Positions 1-9,575 are shown, numbered from the stretch's first letter. The stretch is 64,000 nucleotides of DNA from an uncultured virus (IMG/VR IMGVR_UViG_3300035698_008855) (IMGVR_UViG_3300035698_008855), one strand, 5' to 3'. Notes: generated from the sequence alone by a model not told the origin. A program made the numbers and translations.

Positions 1-2
1 AA

Positions 3-170
3 CGTCAGAAGCGGATTGGTGACGCGATTCCCGCTCTTGCGGAAGGCAACGACCGCTGGCGCATGGCGGCGGAGCGACAGCTTGATGCAGAGTGTCGCCA
101 GCGCAAGCTAGCGGCGTGGCAGGAAGAAGCTGAGAGGCTTGCCGCCGAGCTTCTTGACGACCCTACATGA
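3..170 (+). CDS. 3' end of a hypothetical protein (5'-partial)
   Basis: Frame 3 is open from the window edge (RQKRIGDAIPALAEG...LLDDPT) to TGA at 168-170. Confidence 0.5.
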   Translation, partial: RQKRIGDAIPALAEGNDRWRMAAERQLDAECRQRKLAAWQEEAERLAAELLDDPT

Positions 171-197
171 TCCATCATTGGAGGAAAGGAAAGCGCA

Positions 198-722
198 TTG
201 AAGAGCAGACAGAAGCAGTACTATGCAGGCACGTCTGTTCGACTGGATACGGTCGAGCAGGTAGTTCTCAACGCAGCGATGCTTCAAGGTTTCAAACCAC
301 CCAACCGTCTGGAGATCCGGAAGTTCTTGCAGGGTATTGAGGATGACCTGCAAGCTGCTGCGTGGCAAGGCTTGCTTACTCGACTCGCCGAGGAAGTCAG
401 TAAGCTCCAAGACGAGAGGAAGAGGTCAGCAGGCCCCGATACCAAGAAGTGGTTGGCGGAGAACATCGTAAGCCATGAGTGTGTCTGTCAGCACGACAAG
501 GACTATGATGTTACGACTATCTGGCTCAGAGGAGACACGGAAGCGATATGTATGCATTGCCTTCGACCCTACTATGGTAAGGATGTGCCGTTAGGCGATA
601 CCTACGTGCGATGCCAGGTCTGTACCTCCGTTATGGTCAAGCGCGACAAGGCGATGTGCTACGACTGCGAGAAGGAAGGCCGTAAGCCCACAGATAGGCC
701 GAAACCGCCGAAGGATGACTGA
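198..722 (+). CDS. hypothetical protein with CxxC Zn-ribbon motifs
   Basis: GGAGG/AAGGA upstream of TTG; CMHC, CQVC, CYDC. Confidence 0.65.
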   Translation: MKSRQKQYYAGTSVRLDTVEQVVLNAAMLQGFKPPNRLEIRKFLQGIEDDLQAAAWQGLLTRLAEEVSKLQDERKRSAGPDTKKWLAENIVSHECVCQHDKDYDVTTIWLRGDTEAICMHCLRPYYGKDVPLGDTYVRCQVCTSVMVKRDKAMCYDCEKEGRKPTDRPKPPKDD

Positions 723-805
723 TGGCGAACATGACGCTGACATGTTAAGTTCAGCGACGACAACGACTACATCAGTAGGTATGTTTACCCTAATCCGGAG
801 TGATT

Positions 806-2230
806 ATGATCATCGATGGCATCAGGTTTGGTCACACAACCAACAGTTCGTCGACGCACAACGCCGTGTTCGTGCCTCAGTCGGTAAGAGATACCACTGA
901 GGTCAAAGATGACTGCAACAGCGGTGAGTTTGGATGGGACTTCTTCACTGCAGTTTCTGAGCGTCAGAAGCGCATCTATGCGGCTATCGCTGTTCGAGAT
1001 GCCTGGTCACGGCTTGTTCCCTCCGAGTTGCTTCGGTTCATCATCAAGCAGTGCGCAGGGGTCACAGAGGCGGACATATCTGAGGTCATGGACGGATACA
1101 TCGACCGCCAGAGTCGGCCCTACCTTCCCCTGGAGTACGGCAGGAATACGCCGGACATGGAGTACGCCCGCGATCTTTCGAACTTCTTTGCCCGTGAGGA
1201 CGTAGTGATCCTTGGTGGCAACGACAACGACGAGAAGGTACACCCGCTGGCCGAGTTCAAGGGTGTTGAGGAAATCAGTAAGCCGTATCTGGAGGATCAC
1301 TTCCCCTCGCGATGGGTATGTCGTAAGGAGCTTGAGGGATACTGGTCCCTCTTTGACCGCGACTACGGAACGATGGTTCGTTTCGCCTTTCAGGATGACG
1401 TGGAGTTTACACCTTCAACGCCGGAGATGGTTGACGTCAAGATTACCAACTGCTGCGACGTTGGATGCCCCTATTGCATGGAGAACAGCGAAGAGCAGGG
1501 CAGACACGCCCCAAACTTGTACGCGCTGGCCAAGATGATTGGCGATGCGAAGGTGTTTGAGGTGGCTGTCGGCGGCGGCGATCCCCTACGTAGCCCGGAC
1601 TTCTGGACGTTCATGTACACGTTGGCCGATGGCGGGGTTGTGCCTGGGTTCTCTTCTCGTAACAAGACATGGCTGTCTAACAACGCACAGGTAACATGGT
1701 TCGCTGAGAACGGTGGCGGCTATGGTTGCACGTGCGAGTCGAAAGAAGACGTCCGGGAGCTGAACAGCATGCTGGATCTATGTGTTGCACCGAAGGTGAT
1801 GCGTAAGCGCACCAAGGTCCACATGATCCTTGGCATCTCTGATATCAGCAGTCTACTGTTGGAGTGTTCCCTCCTCGGTATCAACGCACTCATCCTCGAC
1901 TACAAGCATCAGGGACGCGCAGACGCGAAGCCTCCCAGAAGTACCAATCTGCTGAAGGAGCTTCAACACACTCACATTCGTGGTATTTCGGTCAGTGTCG
2001 ACGCTCCCATCGCCAAGAGATACGGTGAGACGTTAGAGGACCGAGGTACTCCGCGTTTCATGTTGCCGCGTGACGGCGTATATAGCTGTTTCATCGACGG
2101 CGTAACCGGCCGTATTGGGCCGTCGTCGTACTGCGATGACAGCCAGATGCGTCCGTTTGACGTTCATGCCTGCACGCTGGGCGAGCTGTTCCGTGAAGTA
2201 CAGGCCACCGAGCAGGAAGGAGACGTATGA
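806..2230 (+). CDS. radical SAM protein with N-terminal TNSSS-motif domain
   Basis: CxxxCxxC (CDVGCPYC) followed by GGGDP; C-terminal GPSSY; GGAG RBS before ATG 806. Confidence 0.85.
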   Translation: MIIDGIRFGHTTNSSSTHNAVFVPQSVRDTTEVKDDCNSGEFGWDFFTAVSERQKRIYAAIAVRDAWSRLVPSELLRFIIKQCAGVTEADISEVMDGYIDRQSRPYLPLEYGRNTPDMEYARDLSNFFAREDVVILGGNDNDEKVHPLAEFKGVEEISKPYLEDHFPSRWVCRKELEGYWSLFDRDYGTMVRFAFQDDVEFTPSTPEMVDVKITNCCDVGCPYCMENSEEQGRHAPNLYALAKMIGDAKVFEVAVGGGDPLRSPDFWTFMYTLADGGVVPGFSSRNKTWLSNNAQVTWFAENGGGYGCTCESKEDVRELNSMLDLCVAPKVMRKRTKVHMILGISDISSLLLECSLLGINALILDYKHQGRADAKPPRSTNLLKELQHTHIRGISVSVDAPIAKRYGETLEDRGTPRFMLPRDGVYSCFIDGVTGRIGPSSYCDDSQMRPFDVHACTLGELFREVQATEQEGDV

Positions 2231-2559
2231 AGTTCACGAATGAAGAAGCTAGCTTACTCATGTTCCTTGATACTTGCGCGGTCGATCGCGCAGGTAAGAT
2301 TGATCCCCGCAGACTCAACCGGGACGACTGGGGTATCCTCGAACGCTGGGAGACAGACAAGAAGCTCTTTTGCGGTCGGTTGCCCTTTGAGCACGTTGAG
2401 AAGCTCGCCAAGTCTCATTACCCCGCCACACACTGGGTTGTCCTCTCCAGTGAATGGGTAGCGCATGCTACCCATCTACGTGAGGAACGCACAAGTCGGG
2501 GCAAAGACTGCCTCGCTAAGATTGTTGGAGGAAGGATATGGGAAAGTCACGTGACGTAG
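2227..2559 (+). CDS. hypothetical protein
   Basis: ATGA overlap with the upstream gene; AAGGAG RBS. Confidence 0.7.
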   Translation: MKFTNEEASLLMFLDTCAVDRAGKIDPRRLNRDDWGILERWETDKKLFCGRLPFEHVEKLAKSHYPATHWVVLSSEWVAHATHLREERTSRGKDCLAKIVGGRIWESHVT

Positions 2560-2804
2560 CGAAGAAGAAGACCGTTGTGGCCGCGTACTATCGCAAGCCC
2601 ACAGATGTAACTTACAGTCTTATCAACTGGGTGGGTATCCTTGATCCCAGGGATCATGAGCGTATCCTCAACGGCGTGAAGGTCGTGCAAGACGAAGTGA
2701 AGAATGAGGGCTACGAGACTACCGGCTTGGTCATTGTGATTTTGCCTGAGGTTGAGATGGATGCAGTGCCGCCGGACTACCTTGACATGGATTCGTCGCC
2801 ATGA
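2538..2804 (+). CDS. hypothetical protein
   Basis: GGAGGAAGGA RBS; tight gene packing. Confidence 0.6.
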   Translation: MGKSRDVAKKKTVVAAYYRKPTDVTYSLINWVGILDPRDHERILNGVKVVQDEVKNEGYETTGLVIVILPEVEMDAVPPDYLDMDSSP

Positions 2805-3181
2805 GCAAGACAATACGCCCAGCTAAGACCTGTTTCGGCATGAAGGTTGAATTCTTCATAGAGACAGGCTGGATGGCACAAGTCATTGAAGCGATCGTTA
2901 TGGTTGGCGGGATCCGTAGTCCCGGCTACACGTGGTCCGATGACAACCTGCATGAATGTCACATCGTGCAGATCTACAGTGGGGCTGTCTTTCTCGATGC
3001 GCTTGAAGAGCTGAGTGTCCACGCTATCGTGGATGTTTGTGACTTCGAGGATAGCGACGGGTTAGACGCGCTGAAGCGAACGATAGGTGAGATGAAGAGT
3101 CACGTGCGCCAGTGGCGTGCATTCTTTGCCAGCGACTCAGGCAATACATCATTGGAACTCTGGATAGATATGGGAGATTAA
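2801..3181 (+). CDS. hypothetical protein
   Basis: ATGA overlap upstream, TAATG overlap downstream. Confidence 0.65.
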   Translation: MSKTIRPAKTCFGMKVEFFIETGWMAQVIEAIVMVGGIRSPGYTWSDDNLHECHIVQIYSGAVFLDALEELSVHAIVDVCDFEDSDGLDALKRTIGEMKSHVRQWRAFFASDSGNTSLELWIDMGD

Positions 3182-3867
3182 TGAGTACAAACGATTGGGA
3201 GCGAGGCATCATCAAGCTCCCGTCTAAAGAATATGTGCCTTTCAAGAGGGCACTGCACAAGTTCCTGAGAGCGCAGGCTGCTAAAGAGTTAGAGCAGTCC
3301 AGGCGCATCTACACAAAGCTGATGGAACAGTTAAAGGGCAGGAGTATTAGTGCCTATGAGTTCCGTCAAGCATTATCTGATGCCGTATGGCCCCCGCAGA
3401 GGATAGCGGGCGGCGGCATCCGCACAGACTTCAGTAAGTCCTGCGACGTGAACAAGTACCGCATCGCTGAGGTTCTTGGGCGTGAGTGGGGCCATACCAA
3501 GCGCACACGGCCCATACGTCCGTTGAAGAGGCATTTCTCGGTACCCAAGCAAAAGGACATGCGGGTGAGGGCTGACGAAGCCTACATCATGTTCAACGAT
3601 GCGCATAAGACGGTGCTGTGGGAGGTTCCGGGGAACAACCACGCGTGCGAGATTGCACGCAACAGTCCCGAAGGCCAAGAGTTCTTCAAGCTTCTTGGTC
3701 TGGTCAAGTGGACCCGAGGCTCAGGTGGTGAGATCATTGGTAACGATGAGTACAACCAAGACTCGGACTGCGTTGGCGGCGGAGGTAACTACTCCAAGGC
3801 ATATTACGGGCCGAAGAGTAAGCAGCAGCAACGCCGAAGGCCTACAATTCTCTCAGGGAGGTACTGA
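3181..3867 (+). CDS. hypothetical phage protein
   Basis: TAATG coupling; C-terminal NNHA...WTRGSGG...GNDEY motif. Confidence 0.7.
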   Translation: MSTNDWERGIIKLPSKEYVPFKRALHKFLRAQAAKELEQSRRIYTKLMEQLKGRSISAYEFRQALSDAVWPPQRIAGGGIRTDFSKSCDVNKYRIAEVLGREWGHTKRTRPIRPLKRHFSVPKQKDMRVRADEAYIMFNDAHKTVLWEVPGNNHACEIARNSPEGQEFFKLLGLVKWTRGSGGEIIGNDEYNQDSDCVGGGGNYSKAYYGPKSKQQQRRRPTILSGRY

Positions 3868-4574
3868 TGCCAAATTGGGTAGCACACCGCGTATTCGTCA
3901 AAGGATCTGAGGCGGACGTCAAAGCCTTTAGGGATCTGATGTTTGTTCCACTCTCGGAAATCAAAGGTGATGACTGGGACAACGATACGTTCATGTTTGA
4001 CTTCAACCGTATCATCCCGATGCCTGAGTGCCTTACTGGCACCACAAGCGGCACTACGCCTGACATAGGCTGTGCCGCCCTGAGTGACAACCCTAAGGAC
4101 TCTGCTAGTTGGAGAGCGTATGACTGGGTGAAGAAGGAAGGCGTCACGACCCACGAGGAGTTCCGGACGTGGGTGGAGAGAGATAGGCCTGAGTCTATCA
4201 TTGAAGGCAAGAGGTGTCTTGCTGCTAAGGCTGAGACAGGCCACTGCGACTGGTACAGTTGGTCGTGTGAGCAGTGGGGTACGAAGTGGAACTCAAGCCA
4301 TTGCAAAATCCTGTGTGATGAACCTATGGAGATTGAGTTTCAGTTTGATACCGCATGGTCACCACCAGAGCCTGTGTTCCGTGCTCTCTCTGACAAGTTC
4401 CCCCATATCATCATTGAGGTAACGTGTTTCGATGAGGGTTGGAACTTCGCGTGTAAGGGATCTTTTCACGGTAGCAAGCAGTATCTTGACGACGTAACTC
4501 CGAACGACGACGTTTATGAAGCCGTCTACGGTTATCGGCCGGAGAGAGAAGATCCAGAAGACGGCAAGCACTAA
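3867..4574 (+). CDS. DUF1281/YubB-like ferredoxin-fold protein
   Basis: MPNW, FDFNRIIPMP, WYSW..EQWGTKWN and FDTAWSPP motifs. Confidence 0.8.
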   Translation: MPNWVAHRVFVKGSEADVKAFRDLMFVPLSEIKGDDWDNDTFMFDFNRIIPMPECLTGTTSGTTPDIGCAALSDNPKDSASWRAYDWVKKEGVTTHEEFRTWVERDRPESIIEGKRCLAAKAETGHCDWYSWSCEQWGTKWNSSHCKILCDEPMEIEFQFDTAWSPPEPVFRALSDKFPHIIIEVTCFDEGWNFACKGSFHGSKQYLDDVTPNDDVYEAVYGYRPEREDPEDGKH

Positions 4575-4602
4575 CGCGACATGCAAAGGAGGCTTTAGTT
4601 AA

Positions 4603-4848
4603 GTGATTGTAGCCTCAGCCGTAAGACGTGACGGACGCGTATGGACAGGACAGCAACACTCGGAGTGCATTCGTAAGGCAGTAGCTGATGGGTGTACGCC
4701 GCCGATCGTAGGACGCGAGCAGGGGTTTGTGACGTCCATAGGTACTTTTGTGGATCGTAGACTTGCCTACAAGCTCGCACTCTTTCATGGTCAGATTGAA
4801 CCAAAGGGCGGAGATAGGCCGGAGCTCTTCTCTGAGGACCTTTGGTAG
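4603..4848 (+). CDS. small hypothetical phage protein
   Basis: AAGGAGG RBS; QGFVTSxGxFVDRxxA...LFSEDLW motif. Confidence 0.7.
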   Translation: MIVASAVRRDGRVWTGQQHSECIRKAVADGCTPPIVGREQGFVTSIGTFVDRRLAYKLALFHGQIEPKGGDRPELFSEDLW

Positions 4849-4867
4849 AAAGGAACGCGTTACAGAC

Positions 4868-5587
4868 ATGGAGCCCCTAAGACCTGTGTATTCTGAGCAT
4901 ATCGACGGGGATTTCATCAGACAGGTCTACACAGATATACCTGTACACGCTGTCGTCGGCGTAGACAGAGCACTACCTATGTTTAACGAACGTAACGGGA
5001 TGTGGCTCATCTACAGCCGCAGCGAGGACGGCTACTGGTCTAACAGGCTAGGATGGGTGGAGTCAGATGTAAACGCCACCTACTTTACCGGCCGAGAGAG
5101 GACTGGGTACCATCTTCCTGGCCCCGATGGCGCGCGGATTCCGCGTGCTACGTGGGACTTCAGCTGGAACTATACCCGAGTCATGGAGCGGCGTATACGC
5201 TCTGTGATAGCTGCGGATCCTGGGTTTAACAATTCAGAAGCCAGGACGTTTGCTGTAAATGAAGGGTGGATATCCGAAGAGCGATATGAATTTCTTAAAA
5301 CTGTCCAGCCGTACTTGGACGAGCTTGTCAACGATAACGGCAAGTGGAACATTACTCGCGAATCGGGTACTCCCGGTGGGATTGTCAAAACGCGTTACAT
5401 GCCAGACAGGATCTTGGACGTAACGGAGATGTTTTGCTACCTGGGCCTTACGGATTTGCACATCAGTATCAATGGGCGGCAAGACGGACAGGCCATCGTT
5501 GTTTATACGGCGTACCCCGAAGACTCGCCACTCGCAGGGGTCATCTCAAATGAGTTCCGTATCACCGCACTCGACGAGGAGGCCTAA
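4868..5587 (+). CDS. hypothetical protein
   Basis: Long ORF; ATG 4868 chosen after AAGGA. Confidence 0.6.
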   Translation: MEPLRPVYSEHIDGDFIRQVYTDIPVHAVVGVDRALPMFNERNGMWLIYSRSEDGYWSNRLGWVESDVNATYFTGRERTGYHLPGPDGARIPRATWDFSWNYTRVMERRIRSVIAADPGFNNSEARTFAVNEGWISEERYEFLKTVQPYLDELVNDNGKWNITRESGTPGGIVKTRYMPDRILDVTEMFCYLGLTDLHISINGRQDGQAIVVYTAYPEDSPLAGVISNEFRITALDEEA

Positions 5588-5696
5588 TGGGGTAGCTTAA
5601 CCTGCACGGCGCAATGCCGACATATAGCCGCTATTCACCCCAGAACAGTTTGACGTGTGACTACAGCAAGCAGCCATAAAGAAAGGAGCTGCTCCC

Positions 5697-5921
5697 ATGG
5701 GGGTACCGCCTATCAGCGTGGAGAGAGGCAACGTAAAGAGTGAGAAGCGAGCTCGAGATATGGTATTGGCCATCATCGGTCAACGACAGCAGCTGAGGGA
5801 ACTCCGCGTGATACGTAGACGCGGAGAACACTTCCTGTTGGAAGCCGTATGCAGAGACTGCAAACAACTCTTTCGTACCAACGATCCATTCAAAACATGT
5901 TGTGATGTGTGTCGGAGCTAG
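5697..5921 (+). CDS. small Zn-ribbon hypothetical protein
   Basis: AAGGAG RBS; CRDC...CDVC; followed by a terminator. Confidence 0.6.
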   Translation: MGVPPISVERGNVKSEKRARDMVLAIIGQRQQLRELRVIRRRGEHFLLEAVCRDCKQLFRTNDPFKTCCDVCRS

Positions 5922-5934
5922 ACCGATACGCTGT

Positions 5935-5969
5935 AAAAGGTCCCTTTCGGGGGACCTTTTTTTTTAGCT
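5935..5969 (+). terminator. intrinsic terminator ending in TTTAGCT
   Basis: AAAAGGTCCCT-TTCG-GGGGACCTTTT hairpin with a T9 run. Confidence 0.85.
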
Positions 5970-5997
5970 CTAAACAGCTAAATAAACAGGCGTTTTC

Positions 5998-6015
5998 CGT
6001 TACTATTTCTTGAGA
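5998..6015 (+). promoter_or_regulatory. candidate phage promoter motif CGTTACTATTTCTTGAGA
   Basis: 17/18 identical to 9558-9575; GTTACTAT core also at 6882 and 14563; all copies intergenic. Confidence 0.55.
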
Positions 6016-6404
6016 AGAAGGTACGCCATTAGGCGCGCCTGTCTTCGGAACTATGGTGTATGGCACAGGACCCATGTCGAGGCTAAGCAACCGACTCGAG
6101 CATGGGTGATCGTACGCAGGTGCTCCAGCGTCGCGGAATGCGGCGGACCTGAGAAGGGATGTAGCCTGCCGCATATTGGTAAGCCGGGTAGCGCCCGAGA
6201 ATGTAACAGCCTCTGGGCGTCAACGCGTAGTTGGTGGGCTAGCATCCACGCAACGAGGCGCCGCCTAAGAAAAGCTCAGCTCCGGAAGATTGGCAGGGCC
6301 GGACACTCGTAGCAAGACTACGAGGAAGTCAACAGGGTGGTATCCCCTGCTCTGCACACAATATGACCTGTTGTACCCGGCCCCCATTCGAGGGGCTGTT
6401 TTTT
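6016..6404 (+). ncRNA. candidate structured non-coding RNA (~390 nt)
   Basis: Lies between the promoter motif and a terminator; stems 6022-6060 (with CUUCGG), 6070-6107, 6306-6324, 6333-6349; overlapping ORF lacks an RBS. Confidence 0.35.
6379..6404 (+). terminator. intrinsic terminator
   Basis: GGCCCC...GGGGCT stem followed by T6. Confidence 0.65.
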
Positions 6405-6438
6405 GGTTGATGGTAGGGCGAAAGCCCAGGAGAGTAAG

Positions 6439-6798
6439 ATGAAGGTGCAACTCATAACACGCGTGATTGGCGCTGGCTCGTCGGACTATCTCAAGCGTGC
6501 GATGCACATCGACAACCAAGATGTTGTTGTTGTGCTCCGCGAGGCCATACTTCAAGGTAAATATGACGACGACGTCTCCTACGTCACGGGAGCTCAGGTA
6601 CATCTGAAGGGGAAAACATTGACGGTCAGGCCGTTTGGTGGGAAGCATGGGCTGGCCGCGCTGAGCGGCCCACTCGACAGAAGACGCGAAAAGTTTCCAC
6701 GTGTGGACGATATGTTCACAGACACTACGCCGTTCAACACGGCGTGGAAGCTCATAATGCTTTTGTTGAATCCAACGCCCGTTTTGTCGGGCGTGTAG
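6439..6798 (+). CDS. hypothetical protein
   Basis: AGGAG RBS before ATG 6439; terminator downstream. Confidence 0.65.
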   Translation: MKVQLITRVIGAGSSDYLKRAMHIDNQDVVVVLREAILQGKYDDDVSYVTGAQVHLKGKTLTVRPFGGKHGLAALSGPLDRRREKFPRVDDMFTDTTPFNTAWKLIMLLLNPTPVLSGV

Positions 6799-6821
6799 CA
6801 CTCTGGGGGAGTCCAGCTAGC

Positions 6822-6868
6822 GAGCCCCTGCCTACGGGCGGGGGCTCACGCGGGCTCTTCTTTAGCTA
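6822..6868 (+). terminator. intrinsic terminator ending in TTTAGCT
   Basis: GAGCCCCTGCC-TACG-GGCGGGGGCTC stem, then TCTTCTTTAGCT. Confidence 0.65.
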
Positions 6869-6881
6869 TGCGTATAGACAG

Positions 6882-6889
6882 GTTACTAT
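6882..6889 (+). promoter_or_regulatory. candidate promoter core GTTACTAT
   Basis: Recurrent intergenic motif directly after a terminator. Confidence 0.45.
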
Positions 6890-7002
6890 AAGATGAAACT
6901 ACTGTGGTCTTTGTTATCTAGTGGCCTATGTGCGTAGGCGTCAAAGACCATAACGCCGTCTATTCTTAGGTGGTGTGGAATTAGAAAAGGAGAGTAGATC
7001 GA

Positions 7003-7737
7003 ATGGTACAGACAATCAGGAGGGTTGTCGTTGGGAGTCTCTGCCCAATGTGTAAGGTGGAGCTAAGGCCGACGATCACCGTCAAAGGAGAACGCGTTAT
7101 ACTGTCTACGCCCAGAGTGTGCGAGAATTGTAATCAACGAATCCGGGACAGAACGGACGGGTTGCGCTTTGAAGGGTTGGAGGGAGCGGTTAACAACCTC
7201 GAGACGTTTCCCGAACCTGTCGAGACGGGAGAAGACGCAGAAACATCCGTCTACGTCCCCATTGAGCCACTGCGCGCAACTTCCGGAGATCGGCCCCAAC
7301 CACAGGACCCTGGAGCCGAGGTCCATGGAAGCAGACCTGAGTCGGCTCCAGCAAGTACTGGCCCAGTCGCACGTGAGGATGATGAGGCTGAGAGGTATAT
7401 CATAGACTTTTATCGTCCCAACACAATTGTCCCCGAGTTCAGCCACGGCTGCAACACCTGCCACTTTCTCGGTACCGCTATAACAAATGACGACGCACGT
7501 CATGAACTCTACTTCTGTGACAGGGCTCCAGACGATCCGAACGTTGAATCCGCAGTACTTGCCCGTTACGGCAACGCGTTTACCGATTACACGTCGGGTA
7601 GCTATACGAATCACCCGGCAATCCAGCTTGCCGTTTTCCGAGCCTACGAGGAGGGTCGCGGCGGCCGCAGCATAAGCGATGCACGCCAGTCAGCCATCGA
7701 TCAGGGTCGAGCGCCTGATCCGGGGTTCTGCACATGA
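7003..7737 (+). CDS. hypothetical protein with N-terminal Zn ribbon
   Basis: AAGGAG RBS; CPMC...CENC; HGCNTCHFLG. Confidence 0.7.
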   Translation: MVQTIRRVVVGSLCPMCKVELRPTITVKGERVILSTPRVCENCNQRIRDRTDGLRFEGLEGAVNNLETFPEPVETGEDAETSVYVPIEPLRATSGDRPQPQDPGAEVHGSRPESAPASTGPVAREDDEAERYIIDFYRPNTIVPEFSHGCNTCHFLGTAITNDDARHELYFCDRAPDDPNVESAVLARYGNAFTDYTSGSYTNHPAIQLAVFRAYEEGRGGRSISDARQSAIDQGRAPDPGFCT

Positions 7738-8297
7738 ACAGCTACCCTTGCGTTCCACGTGTACTTGACCACCTGCTTCTTGCAATGCAAGCGCATAGTG
7801 GTCAACTCCGTAAAGATGGCGGGCCGTATATCCTGCATCCAGTTAGGGTTGCTCAACGGGTATCAAGGTCTTATCCGGGCACAGGCGGCTTTGTCCCTAG
7901 CGAGTGGATTTGCGCGGCTCTCCTTCATGACGTTATGGAGGATACCGACATGGATCTTCTCGACGAGGACGTCAACCCGGACATCATTCGTATCGTTGAA
8001 CTCCTCTCTCATGACGGCGGGTACGAGGATTCGAAGATGGATGCGGTTCATCAGGTCAAAGGTAACTCTGGTGCTATCATGATCAAGATCTGTGATCGCC
8101 TTGACAATATGGGGAGGGAAGATGAACCCTCTCTCATTTATCGCCGTAGGCCGATAGTACGTACATCGACGCGCATGCTGCTCGATTATGCACAAGGCAT
8201 CGAGTTTGATGACGGCACACCGTTTGTGGCGTCTACTCCGTTCCGGGCGCTCACACAGCTGCTTGAGATCATTAATCGTGAGGAAGGAATCACATGA
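7734..8297 (+). CDS. HD-domain hydrolase, RelA/SpoT hydrolase (small alarmone hydrolase/Mesh1)-like
   Basis: HxGQxRKDGxPYIxHP, AALLHDVMEDT and IKxxDRLDN motifs. Confidence 0.85.
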   Translation: MNSYPCVPRVLDHLLLAMQAHSGQLRKDGGPYILHPVRVAQRVSRSYPGTGGFVPSEWICAALLHDVMEDTDMDLLDEDVNPDIIRIVELLSHDGGYEDSKMDAVHQVKGNSGAIMIKICDRLDNMGREDEPSLIYRRRPIVRTSTRMLLDYAQGIEFDDGTPFVASTPFRALTQLLEIINREEGIT

Positions 8298-8881
8298 AGA
8301 AGATCGACGAACTTCTTGTTGTGGACGTGGAGTCGACCTGTTGGGAGGGTATGCCTCCGACGGGGCAGTACTCTGAGATCATCGAGATCGGGATAGGTAG
8401 GATTAACCTACGCCATCCCTTCGTCTCGGTACCGCCGAGTAGCATCTTGATCCGCCCGGCATTCTCCTTTGTGAGTGAGTTCTGTACAAGTCTCACAACG
8501 ATCACGCAGAAGATGTTGGACGATAAAGGCGTCTCTTTCCGGGTGGCGTATGAGATGCTTACTACCCAGTACCGTTCTCGCGATCAGATATGGGCGAGCT
8601 GGGGCGATTACGATAGGCGTCAGGTAGAGAACGTCTGTCACCTGCACCACATACCGAACTCTCCGTTTGGTGTTCGGCACATCAACCTCAAGACTCTCTT
8701 CTCTATCTCTCGTGGTTTCCACGGAGAGGTAAGCGTGGAGGACGCGCTGGAGACTATGATGTGGGAATTTAAGGGTACACTCCATCGGGGTGTAGACGAC
8801 ACATACAACATCATGCGGTTGGCGAAAGCCATACTGCGGTCCCTCGGTAACATTGGCCAGTACGCTGGAGGTGAGACTTAG
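8294..8881 (+). CDS. DEDDh 3'-5' exonuclease (ERI-1/KapD-like)
   Basis: VVDVESTCW, EIIEIG, SWGDYD and HRGVDD motifs. Confidence 0.85.
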   Translation: MKKIDELLVVDVESTCWEGMPPTGQYSEIIEIGIGRINLRHPFVSVPPSSILIRPAFSFVSEFCTSLTTITQKMLDDKGVSFRVAYEMLTTQYRSRDQIWASWGDYDRRQVENVCHLHHIPNSPFGVRHINLKTLFSISRGFHGEVSVEDALETMMWEFKGTLHRGVDDTYNIMRLAKAILRSLGNIGQYAGGET

Positions 8882-9303
8882 TGCCTGGATACAAGAGTCA
8901 GATTGGTGACAACACCGACGATTCCGTTGAACTGCCCACGTCCGGAGATGTGGAGTATCCCGGCCAGCGCGACAACAGCGAGCTTGGAAAAGTCGTTTAC
9001 CCAATGGGTAAACACAAAGGCAAGACGATTGCACAGATCGCTAACGAAGCTCCGAGCTATTTGGAGTGGGTGCGCGATAACGTCGAGAAAGAGGTTGGCA
9101 ACACAGTTCGCGCGTTTCTCGAACAGAACCCCGGTGTTATTTCCATGCCGGGATCGTACGTTCTGGCCTTTGGGAAGCACAAGGGACTGTCGTTCTATGA
9201 CCTTGAGGCGGAGGGTGAGATTGACTACATCGAATGGTGTGCTAAAAACCTCAAAGGAATCGCCAGAGATAAAGCCAAGGCCTATCTCGGACACGACGAC
9301 TGA
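8881..9303 (+). CDS. protein with two (M/F)GKHKG repeats (DUF3820/ExoX C-terminal-like)
   Basis: YPMGKHKGKTI..PSYLEW and LAFGKHKGLS..DYIEW. Confidence 0.7.
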   Translation: MPGYKSQIGDNTDDSVELPTSGDVEYPGQRDNSELGKVVYPMGKHKGKTIAQIANEAPSYLEWVRDNVEKEVGNTVRAFLEQNPGVISMPGSYVLAFGKHKGLSFYDLEAEGEIDYIEWCAKNLKGIARDKAKAYLGHDD

Positions 9304-9541
9304 GTTTCCGGCTTGCGTTGGGTGCGGCTACTGCTGTTTACAGGCGACGTGTCTTCAGGGGCTATACGAAAATCCTGGATTGCCTCTCGGTGTTGTCTGC
9401 CCTGAGCTGGTATGGCGCGGGACGATGTACCGGTGTCTGCTGGCCGAGAGGTCAGCCGAGGGTATGGCGTGTATACTCGCAGGTGTGGGGTGCTGTTCCT
9501 CCCTTAATACGTGGCGCCAAGATGTACGGTTCCGCGATTAA
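9293..9541 (+). CDS. small Cys-cluster protein (YkgJ-like); start uncertain
   Basis: CVGCGYCC...C...CPEL...YRC; no clear ATG/GTG nearby. Confidence 0.45.
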   Translation, partial: TTTEFPACVGCGYCCLQATCLQGLYENPGLPLGVVCPELVWRGTMYRCLLAERSAEGMACILAGVGCCSSLNTWRQDVRFRD

Positions 9542-9557
9542 ATTTACGGCTGCAACG

Positions 9558-9575
9558 CGTTACTATCTCTTGAGA
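9558..9575 (+). promoter_or_regulatory. candidate phage promoter motif CGTTACTATCTCTTGAGA
   Basis: 17/18 identical to 5998-6015; intergenic. Confidence 0.55.

Noticed and set aside
6300..6350. RNase P RNA or tmRNA suggested by GAGGAAGTC
   Set aside because: Does not match GAGGAAAGTCC, and the other conserved elements and tRNA-like ends are missing
8903..9292. 212-aa ORF 8903-9541 as a full-length gene
   Set aside because: Its 5' two-thirds overlaps the better-supported 8881-9303 gene; only the Cys-rich 3' end looks real
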